From positions 1 to 8,142 of the forward strand of contig NW_021828513.1 in assembly GCF_006345805.1 (NCBI RefSeq): DNA of 8,142 nucleotides, written 5' to 3'. Shown piece by piece: positions 1 through 7,555 of this stretch. Made by a program: the position numbers and the translations under genes. The DNA comes from Octopus sinensis (Eukaryota). The notes under the pieces were generated by a model. The model made no database searches. It worked only from the letters and a program-made list of their open reading frames with translations, and was not told where the DNA came from. The first letter of the stretch is position 1. Every line of letters starts with the position of its first letter.

Positions 1-209
1 ATGCACCGCGATCGAGATCAAATGCGAATCACTGAAGGTTCTCAACTTACTAACGAAAACGACTTCCAAGCCGATTCCAAAAGTGACAAGAACGCTGGGA
101 CGGGTGCATTGCTGCGCAAGGTGACTATTTCGAAGGAAAGGATGTTAAAACTCATTAAATTATTTTTTATTAAACATAACTAGTCCGGAAACCTTTTGAT
201 ACCACCTCG
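1..209 (+). mobile_element. 3' end of a decayed mariner (Tc1/mariner) DNA transposon: transposase C-terminus plus right TIR
   Basis: Stitching frames 2, 1 and 3 gives TAIEIKCESLKVLN / LTNENDFQA / FQK*QERWDGCIAAQGDYFEGKDVKTH* (TGA at 84-86, final TAA at 156-158). This fits the mariner C-terminal pattern FQxWxxRWxxCIxxxGxYFEG. A TIR-like GTCCGGAAACCTTTTGATACCACCTCG ends at 209 and is followed by the TA target at 210-211. The element continues left of the window. Confidence 0.9.
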
Positions 210-246
210 TATAAATGTTCGTATTTCATTATTCAGTTTTATTTCA

Positions 247-463
247 AAAAGGCGGTGAGCTGGCAGAAACGTTAGCACGCTGAACAAAGCGCTTAGCAGT
301 ATTTCGTCTACAGCTACGTTCTGAGTTCAAATTCCGCCGAGGTCGACTTTGCCTTTCATGCTTTCAGGGTCGATAAATTAAGTACCAGCTGAGTACTGTG
401 GTCAAAGTAATCGACTTAACTCCTCCCCACCAAACTTCAGGCCTTGTACCTAGAGTAGAAATG
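247..463 (+). mobile_element. tRNA-derived SINE, family B, full-length monomer with 19-bp TSD
   Basis: A-box-like TGGCAGAAACG (261-271), B-box-like GAGTTCAAATTCC (323-335) and central block GTCGACTTTGCCTTTCAT..GGGTCGATAAATTAAGTACCAG (342-388). Homologous to both units at 6961-7362. Exact direct repeat ATTATTCAGTTTTATTTCA at 228-246 and 464-482. From memory it resembles known octopus SINEs and the Meta/MESC central domain; I have not verified this. Confidence 0.92.
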
Positions 464-664
464 ATTATTCAGTTTTATTTCATGATTTCCTGCCAATAAA
501 GAGAGCCGGTTTCTAATCTAGATCCAAGGCTCCTCCATTGGAATTTCAATAACATCAACGGGATATTTTTGTACGTATGTGTGCATATGTGCAGATCTGT
601 ATATTTTGTTTTATGTATGTATTTTCATGCGAATAGCTGCACGTCTATACATGTTCTTATATAA

Positions 665-1254
665 TTAAAGGATAAACTTCCGGAAGTGTTACAAAGTTTT
701 CCAGTTTCAGTGATGGCGTGAATCTATAGTCTTAGAATCAGTTTTCTCCTTTCTGGTTTTGAGATGACAAATTTCTTAAGATTGATATTAAGGTAGTGTG
801 TTACATATCCCACGGCCCCAATAATTACAGGTATAAACCTGACCTTTCAATCTGGATAGAGTAACTACAGATTTCTCAATAATTCAACATAGGTGTTCTC
901 TTTTTCACTGATTTTCAGCTTTATGTTAACATCCGCCGGGCAGCTAATTTCCACAACTGTGCACAGTTTCTCTTCTCTGTCCCAAATCATTATATCAGGT
1001 CTGTTGTGCTTACATTTTATTGAGGTCTTCACTGGGACATTCCACCAGTAATCCTTTTTATTATGAGTGGCTATGATTTCTACCATATTGTTGGTTCTTA
1101 CTTCTTTGTCCTCGGAGATATCTTTCCAACGGATCTCATTATACAGTGTCCTAGCTACAACATCATGACATTTTTGGACAACTGCTGGTGATGTGGGTGA
1201 TGTCTTCGGTGTTAACTCCACAAAGTCTGCATCAGTTGTCACATTGTGCTGTTT
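665..1254 (-). pseudogene. Decayed C-terminus of the RLE-LINE ORF (CCHC zinc knuckle + PD-(D/E)xK endonuclease)
   Basis: CRLCGVNTEDITHITSSC (C-X2-C-X8-H-X4-C) at 1231-1178 lies in a frame the ORF track misses. A frameshift then leads into HDVVARTLYNEI, followed by RPDIMIWD (RPD at 1002-994), EISCP and KENTY. Past two in-frame stops come PVIIGAVG (831-808) and a probable original stop near 665. This is the motif order of R2/R4-type C-termini. Confidence 0.92.
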
Positions 1255-1456
1255 TACATACATACTTACATATGTATGTATGTATGTATGTATGTAGTAT
1301 GTATGTATGTATGTATGTATGTATGTATGTATGCATGCATGCATGCATGTATGTATGTATGTACGTACGTACGTATGTATGTATGTATGTATGTATGTAT
1401 GTATGTATGTATGTATGTATGTATGTATGTATGTATGTATGTGTGTGTGTGTATGT
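1255..1456. repeat. (TATG)n microsatellite with CATG/TACG variants, ending in (TG)n; short inverted (CATA) block at its left edge
   Basis: Seen directly. It is the source of the MYVC/YIHT-repeat ORFs. Confidence 0.98.
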
Positions 1457-1635
1457 ACAACGTACGTATATATGTATCTAGGTATCTATATTGTGATCTA
1501 TAGATGACTTCGTTCTACTGTTATAGATAGAGAGATAATTTTCACCAATTGAGGCAGAAATTAAAGGATATATAGACTTATAAAGGCCAGTTGAAATGTG
1601 TGAGAAAGAAAATACTAAGGGAGACCTAGCGTCTG

Positions 1636-2329
1636 TTATGATGAACAAGTATCGTCTGCTTTCAATGAATTCAATTCCATGGATCGCCAGCTGCAGTCTT
1701 TCTTGTGCTCTCCTCATACATTGATACATTCACTCCATTTTAAACCTGTCCAAATATTCATATTAACCACATAATTTTTGGTGTTCATCTTTTAGCGTCT
1801 TTCTAAAACATTTTTCTAATTAAGTGTCCAAAATACCTTCGTTTCCTCTCTTCTTTCCTTTTTCACTAGTTTTTAATGCTTCACTATAGGCTTTGTATTC
1901 TGTCCCTGATATTTTAAAAATTCTCTATTCCCACATCTCAAAGACTAGTGTTCCATTCGATAAGACTTTCGTTAATATCCATGTTACAACTCCATATTGT
2001 AGAATGGACCATATACCACATTTTAATAATTTTTTCTGGTTTCAATATTAATGCTTCTTGATGCCAATACCTATGATATTTTTTTTTTCAAATCATTTTC
2101 TATCTTTGTGAATCTTTCTTTTGATCACTGTTCCACATTTACCATTTCCTGATTCCATATATCCTACACATATCATCTTTGGAGTTATTTCAAAAGGTTT
2201 TCCTTCAATTGGAATATTTCGTTTCTGCTCGACGCTCATCACCAATGACTTTGTTTCCTTTACATCCAAAACCGTTCTATTATACAGTTCTTTCTCATTG
2301 ACGTCTTTTACAAGGATCTGTAGATTGCT
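1636..2329 (-). mobile_element. Old, highly decayed RTE-clade LINE, 3' part of the ORF
   Basis: The minus-strand translation gives, in RTE order: LQILVKDVNE..LDVKETKSLVMS..IPIEGKPFE..GKCGTVIKRKI; LLKCGIWSILQYGVVTW; FEMW (1942-1931); YFGHLIR (1835-1815); IWTGL; WRSM (1689-1678) followed by ELNSLKADDT. There are multiple stops and frameshifts. Confidence 0.85.
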
Positions 2330-2386
2330 CAGCCTGCTAGATCTAGCAGCCAATCACCCTTCTAATGTCGTTAGAAAGGGAACTGA

Positions 2387-2480
2387 TTGGGGCAAGCATG
2401 CTCTACTATAACTTCGGGCCGACCAAAACCTTCTGAATGGATTTCGGGGACGGAAAAATGAAAACAGCCCGTCGTATAGA

Positions 2481-2552
<72 letters not shown>

Positions 2553-2690
2553 TTTCATGTTTTTTTGTGTCTGTGTTTGTCTCCATTACCGCTTGACGAA
2601 TGGTGTCTGCATGTTTACGTTTCCGTAACTGAACTGCTCAGCAAAAAGAGATCGATAGAATAAGTACAATATAAAAGAAAAGACCGGGGC
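2387..2690 (+). mobile_element. CORE-type SINE, family A, diverged copy lacking its tRNA head and its extreme 3' tail; internal (TG)n at 2483-2550
   Basis: Aligns to the reverse complement of 6342-6786 (GGGCAAG..CTATA..TCGGGCCGACCAAA..GACGGAAA..GTCGTATA..[microsatellite]..GCTTGAC..GATAGAATAAGTAC). Confidence 0.88.
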
Positions 2691-3224
2691 CAAAATCGAA
2701 ATGCCCTTCTAAATTAAATACGAAATGATCAATGCAGCAATTACATTTATAAGTCCTCAACAGATTTATTCAGAAGACCTGTTCGTGTTTGCGTATCCCT
2801 AAGTATAATAGAATTCCCCTTCAGACAGATGATAACATTCATAACAAACCTTTCACCAGGCCATTGCTATTTACTTCGTTTTATGTAACTCGTTGAACGC
2901 CAATCACCCCTACAGAATTAACTTGTACCTGTTGAGAAACAAGGGACGTAACACAGGAAAATCTACACTCTCCTGTTTGCAAATTATTTTATGATTTACC
3001 AACCAACCTATATACTACTTCGCATGCCTGATATGTGTATATTCAATCTTTTTAGTTCGTTAGGACATGCATGAAGAACATGTTTGAGTATTTCTCAACA
3101 TATGAAATTATTAGTAGCGCTTTAATACACGTATTGTGTCCTTTAAATAAATAATATCTCTCAACAGATCGAGTACTTTTTTTGTCGAATTTCTATCACG
3201 GAATAGTACGTTATATATATATGT

Positions 3225-3508
3225 GTAAAAGTAAAAAAATATATACAAACTGGGACAAGAACGGGAAACATTTAGAAGACGACACAAAAAACACGGACGG
3301 GACATTCGAAGCCCTCAATCATCAGTCAAGGACCGGATCATCTTCGCAATTTCGGCTGATTAATCTTGAGATTGCTCCGATCTGGGCAACCCCCAAGGGA
3401 AATCTAAGCCAAGCGCATTAGATTCCTTGGAAGAAAGCCTCGAATGTATACAACACAGGGACGGAAAACGGACGATGTTACACGAATAAGAATACAAAAT
3501 ACGTAAAA
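3225..3508. repeat. Probable dispersed non-autonomous element between (TA)n tracts, with nested inverted repeats
   Basis: A GC-richer island bounded by (TA)n at 3212-3221 and 3510-3524. It has four nested stems and diverged direct repeats near both ends (see findings). Family not determined. Confidence 0.5.
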
Positions 3509-3564
3509 ATATATATATATATATCGTTTATAGAAAACATAAATCCGTAGAGCAGTAAATATTA

Positions 3565-3627
3565 TAATGGGGAAGGCCGGTTTATGGGATTACCCTGGGT
3601 AATCCCATAAACCACCCCTCCCCATTA
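3565..3627. repeat. 63-bp near-perfect palindrome
   Basis: Perfect 17-bp arms GGTTTATGGGATTACCC (3579-3595) and GGGTAATCCCATAAACC (3597-3613) around a single T. They extend to 31-bp arms with 3 mismatches. Confidence 0.97.
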
Positions 3628-3674
3628 AAAATAAAAATATATATGTAATTGTATATGTATATGTATGTATGTAT

Positions 3675-4372
3675 TTTCAGCTGGTGAGCAGCGGCCATGC
3701 TTGGGCACCGCCATTAGCTTTACTACACTTTCATTACTTGAAAACCTCCTCTAATATGTGACATTTGTTGGATGAGGAGTTTGATGGTGCTGCCCTCATC
3801 TGTGTTTCCTGCCGTGGGGTAAGCTCATTCGGAACTCTTTGATGAGAGGAGACCCAATTTTGCCTTGAAGACACCTACATTCACCCATGCAGGTCTCTCA
3901 GGCATTTTGGCAGGATTTTGAAGAACTGTGGGCCCTTGTAACCTAAACTGTTGCAGTATCTGGTCCTGTATTTTGATGGCGATATTGGGATCTTTGGCAA
4001 TATGCAGTTCGGCCGTTTGTGTAACTTTCAATGCCAAAGTTTGGTACACCCACGATCTTCAAGGCTCAGGTCGCCTCTATGAAATTGTTTCAACCATTTC
4101 CGGACTGACCATTCACTGGTCATTTCCTTCCAGGATTTTCCAGATTTATATCACTGCCTATCTTTCCCGCCTTCGTTCTAGGGAGTCGGGTCTTAACCTT
4201 TTTTCAACCTTTCCAGGTATCTGACAAGTTTCATTGAGTCGATCTTCGCTGGACTGCATCCCGTTCCGTCGATAATTGTACACCATGTTGTGACCATATT
4301 CAGGAGCAGAAGTCTAAGCGGCTGAGGACATATGCCCGACACAGGACCACCGTGGTTTCCTGTACTCTTGTT
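3675..4372 (-). mobile_element. 5'-truncated, decayed CR1/L2-group LINE (3' end of ORF2 plus 3' tail)
   Basis: Minus-strand motifs across frameshifts: VLSRLDFCS*IWS; KIDSMKLVRYLERLK; SLERRRER (4184-4161) followed by *AVI*IWKILEG; then an insertion; VPNFGIESY; RTRYCNSLGYKGPQFFKILPKCLRDL; VFKAKL; VPNE. These match the post-RT motifs of CR1-group LINEs (LxxCSxxWSP, SLExRR, FNxLP, FKxxL). Confidence 0.9.
4046..4128 (-). other. Internal mariner transposase fragment inserted in the LINE, with no TIRs
   Basis: 4053-4128 matches the reverse complement of 8067-8142 at 73 of 76 positions without gaps. It interrupts the LINE between ..KILEG and VPNFG.. The stretch 4046-4052 is assigned by inference. 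Confidence 0.93.
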
Positions 4373-4498
4373 TATATGTGTGTGTGAGCGTGCGTGTATA
4401 CACTTACATATATATATAAACACATGTGTGCATATATATATATATGTACTTACACGCACACATACATACACACAATACACGCATACATAGATCTGTTA

Positions 4499-4680
4499 TC
4501 TTTTACTTGTTTCAGACATTGGACTGCGGCCATGCTGGGGCACCATCTTGAAAGTACTTTTTTAAGCGTGGTACCTATTTATATAGGTCTTTTCCCTAGA
4601 ATTCTCATCTTATGGGGATGTAAACAAACCAACACCGGTTGTCAAACGCTAGTGAGGGAACAAACACAAATGCAAACACA
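4499..4680 (-). mobile_element. SINE family A, older diverged 3' half
   Basis: CTTTTACTTGTTTCAGACATTGGACTGCGGCCATGCTGGGGCACC...GTAAACAAACCAACACCGGTTGTCAA..GGGAACAAACAC parallels 4731-4925. It ends in a (TCTA)n tract. Confidence 0.85.
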
Positions 4681-4715
4681 TATCTATCTATCTATCTTTC
4701 TATCTATTTATCTAT

Positions 4716-5108
4716 CTCTTTTCTTTTTCTCTTTTTACTTGTTTCAGTCATTTGACTGCGGCCATGCTGGAGCACCACCTTTAATCGATCAACTCGACCC
4801 CGGGACTTATTCTTTTGTAAGCCCAGTACTTATTCTATCGGTCTCTTTTGCCGAACTGCTAAGTGACGGGAACGTAAACACAATAGCATCGGTTGTCAAG
4901 CAATGCTAGGGGAACAAACACACACACATACATATATATATACATATATACGACAGGCTTCTTTCAGTTTCCGTCTAACAAATCCACAAGGCATTGGTCG
5001 GCCCGGGGCTATAGCAGAAGACACTTGCCCAAGATGCACGCAGTGGGACTGAACCCGGAACCATGTGGTTGGTTAGCAAGTTACTTACCATACAGCCACT
5101 CCTGCGCC
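4716..5108 (-). mobile_element. SINE family A (tRNA head + CORE-like block), full length
   Basis: Minus strand: GGCGCAGGAG, TGGCTGTATGG (A-box-like), GGGTTCAGTCCC (B-box-like), CTTGGGCAAGTGTCTT (CORE-like), an internal microsatellite and the tail GGTGCTCCAGCATGGCCGCAGTCAAATGACTGAAACAAGTAAAAAGAG. Highly similar to 6342-6786. Confidence 0.93.
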
Positions 5109-5266
5109 TATATATATAATTATATATATATTATATATATATATTATATATATATATATTATATAATATATATATATATTTAATATTTATATGTATATAT
5201 ATATAATATATATTATTATATATTGTGTGTGTTGTGTGTGTGTGTGTGTGTGTTGTGTATGTGTGT
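5109..5266. repeat. Compound (TA)n / (TG)n microsatellite
   Basis: Seen directly. Confidence 0.95.
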
Positions 5267-5334
5267 CGAAGTAAATAACTATTCCAAAGCAATTATTTCA
5301 TATTCGCTAACTTTATAAAATTCTTAGGACGTAA

Positions 5335-5336
<2 letters not shown>

Positions 5337-5392
<56 letters not shown>
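5337..5392. repeat. Perfect (GT)28 microsatellite
   Basis: Seen directly. Confidence 0.98.
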
Positions 5393-5395
<3 letters not shown>

Positions 5396-5904
5396 AGGAT
5401 ATCATTGCCCTCTTGCGTCGTTTCACAAAAAATATAGTGAGCCCCACCCCGCTAAATATCAACCGTTCCTTCAGAACAGTTCTGTAAATACGAACCTAAT
5501 ACGATAACCATTGTCGATCGCGGCAGAGGGAGGATTGTATAAATGACAGGTGTTTAGTGAAAGTTCAGTGCTGGGAAACAAAGCTGGAAGTAATGTCATA
5601 TGAAAAGTTCACCACGATTGCATCAAGTTCGCCCCATGAATGACGAAATTCTATGCTAATACATCAATCGATGTGAGTGATAGGATATCCCTGAGTTTAA
5701 AACACCTAATATTAGATTCTGGTCATTATTAGCTTACATAAAAATATCGATAAACGATTATGAAGCGATTTGTCTCCCCAGTGGAATAAATGGAATCACG
5801 CATCAAAAGTCTGTATTTTCTGCTTTACAATTTGTAATCATTCATTATTTGACGGGTGAATAGCTGCACTGGCTTCGGAAGAGGAAATGGAGACTGTGGC
5901 AATC

Positions 5905-5992
5905 ACACACTTTTCCCAAGGACATTATTTCGTATAAGTGAAGTTGAAAAGCTACAATTTGATAATTGAAACCAATTGCTAAAGCCAGTCCA
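5905..5992 (-). mobile_element. Possible ancient, heavily eroded tRNA/CORE-SINE head
   Basis: ACACTTTTCCCAAGGAC resembles ACACTTGCCCAAGG of family A. It is followed, at about the right spacing, by weak B-box (GTTGAA) and A-box (GCCA) complements. Weak evidence. Confidence 0.25.
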
Positions 5993-6318
5993 GTGGAAAG
6001 CAACATAACCGCATCCTCCGACTACAATACCCCGCTCACACTACTACAGATCCACCGGTTGATCAGAACCATACAAGAAGACACGGGGCAGGGAGCTGGG
6101 TGACTTTCAACAGAGAAGTCGAAACAGTCAAGTCAGGTCAAGACTGGGAGAACACAAAATAATTAAAAAAATTAAAATGGATGAGTACACCGAAGCTGGA
6201 ATCGGTTGAAATTGAGAATAGGTTCTGGGAGGTGAAAGGGTAATCTGTCTTTGGCAAACACTAGGTACAATTCCGAACGCTTCTTCATGCTTACATATTA
6301 GACCAAAGTCTAAGAACA

Positions 6319-6341
<23 letters not shown>

Positions 6342-6350
<9 letters not shown>

Positions 6351-6558
6351 TCTTTTACTTGTTTCAGTCATTTGACTGCGGCCATGCTGGAGCACCGCCT
6401 TTAATCGAGCAACTCGACCCCGGGACTTATTCTTTTGTAAGCCCAGTACTTATTCTATCGGTCTCTTTCGCCGAACCGCTAGGTAACGGGGACATAAACA
6501 CACCAGCATCTGTTGTCAAGCAATGCTAGGGGGACAAAACACAGATACACAAACACAT

Positions 6559-6602
<44 letters not shown>

Positions 6603-6786
6603 TATATATATATATTATATATACGACAGGCTTCTTTCAGTTTCCGTCTACGAAATCCACTCACAAGGCTTTGGTCGGCCCGAGGCTATAGCAGAAGACA
6701 CTTGCCCAAGGTGCCACGTAGTGGGACTGAACCCGGAACCATGTGGTTGGTAAACAAGCTACTTACCACACAGCCACTCCTGCGCC
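6342..6786 (-). mobile_element. SINE family A, full length, least diverged copy; internal (TA)n at ~6566-6622; tail runs into (TC)n at 6319-6344
   Basis: A-box-like TGGCTGTGTGG, B-box-like GGGTTCAGTCCC, CORE-like CACCTTGGGCAAGTGTCTT, and a tail with a repeated GTAAAAGA unit. Homologous to four other copies in the window. Confidence 0.94.
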
Positions 6787-6790
6787 TATA

Positions 6791-6951
6791 TAATATTTAA
6801 AGGACTAATATTTAAAGGAAACTAATGTCTAGAGTCTTATTAGACGAATGACTTATGAGATGTTAGACTAATGTTTAATGAAATGTTTGACTAATGCCTA
6901 ATGACATATTAGGCTAATGTCTAATGACATGTTTTACTAGTATTTAATGTC
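6791..6951. repeat. Degenerate 23-bp minisatellite (5 copies) preceded by a 14-bp duplication
   Basis: Units start at 6837, 6860, 6883, 6906 and 6929 (consensus ~ATGTTAGACTAATGTCTAATGAC). TAATATTTAAAGGA occurs at 6791-6804 and 6806-6819. Confidence 0.85.
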
Positions 6952-6960
6952 TCTTGATAA

Positions 6961-7362
6961 TCTTTTCTACTCTATGCACAAGGCCTGAAATTTTTTTTGG
7001 TGGAGGGGGGACAATCGATTACATCGACTCCAGTGCGTAACTGGTACTTAATTTATCGACTCCGAAAGGATGAAAGGTAAAGTCGACCTCGGCGGAATTT
7101 GAACTCAGAACGTAGCGGCAGGCGAAATACCTATTTCTTTACTACCCACAAGGGGCTAAACACAGAGAGGACAAACAAGGGCAAACAAACGGATTAAGTC
7201 GATTATATCAACGCCAATGCGTAACTGGTACTTATTTAATCGACCCCGAAAGGATGAAAGGTAAAGTCGACCCCGGTGGATTTTGAACTCAGAACGTAAC
7301 GGCAGACGAACTACGGCTACGCATTTCGCCCGACGTGCTAACGGTTCTGCCAGCTGGCCGCC
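6961..7362 (-). mobile_element. SINE family B dimer with 12-bp TSD
   Basis: Unit 1 (7362-7131) has the full head and a distinct tail. Unit 2 (7130-6961) lacks the A-box region and has the same tail type as 247-463. Exact GTCTCTTGATAA at 6949-6960 and 7366-7377. Confidence 0.93.
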
Positions 7363-7555
7363 TTAGTCTCTTGATAACTCTATGAAACTAAATTACTTTA
7401 ACCTTCGACATGTTTTGCCAGTTTACGAAACTGAGCTGAAATGGACTTCCTGTAACGCATGCGTAACGATATACAGTAACCGGCCAGAGTTAACTGAAGC
7501 ATACCCACACATATGTGCCTCAGTGATTTTTTTTCCTTATAACTTTCAGAAACAT

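Larger units (their letters stand above)
222..1254 (-). mobile_element. 5'-truncated non-LTR retrotransposon with a restriction-like endonuclease (RLE; R4/Dong-like), interrupted in its inferred 3' UTR by a SINE
   Basis: Coding remnant at 665-1254 (next feature). The 3' UTR is inferred to run to ~222, across the SINE at 247-463. The UTR boundary and exact clade are inference. Confidence 0.8.

Noticed and set aside
1-183. 60-aa ORF as a real peptide
   Set aside because: It is a mostly out-of-frame reading of the frameshifted mariner transposase end.
1188-1507. Overlapping ORFs with MYVC/YIHT repeats, and the first ~30 aa of ORF 865-1344
   Set aside because: These are translations of the (TATG)n microsatellite, which lacks stop codons.
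2349-2909. 11-bp direct repeat GCCAATCACCC (2349-2359 and 2899-2909) as a TSD
   Set aside because: It does not coincide with the boundaries of the enclosed SINE (about 200 bp off on the right), so it is plausibly chance.
5030-5108. tRNA genes at SINE heads (also 251-340, 6710-6786, 7270-7362)
   Set aside because: A/B-box-like motifs are present, but I could not form a cloverleaf, and each continues into a SINE body.
5475-5672. Candidate host exon between TTCCTTCAG and GTGAGT
   Set aside because: All three frames contain stops. A non-coding exon cannot be excluded.
631-5869. 12-bp match GAATAGCTGCAC (631-642 and 5858-5869)
   Set aside because: It does not extend on either side, and a match of this length is expected by chance in 8 kb.
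6014-6162. Faint RT-like words (DYNTPLTLLQIHRLIRTIQ; VTFNREVETV)
   Set aside because: The similarity is too weak and the motif spacing too short for RT subdomains. A profile search would be needed.
4893-6800. Paralogous 'MSSNARGT..WSARGYSRRHLPK' ORFs (4893-5183 and 6513-6800) as a gene family
   Set aside because: They are antisense readings of two copies of SINE family A.
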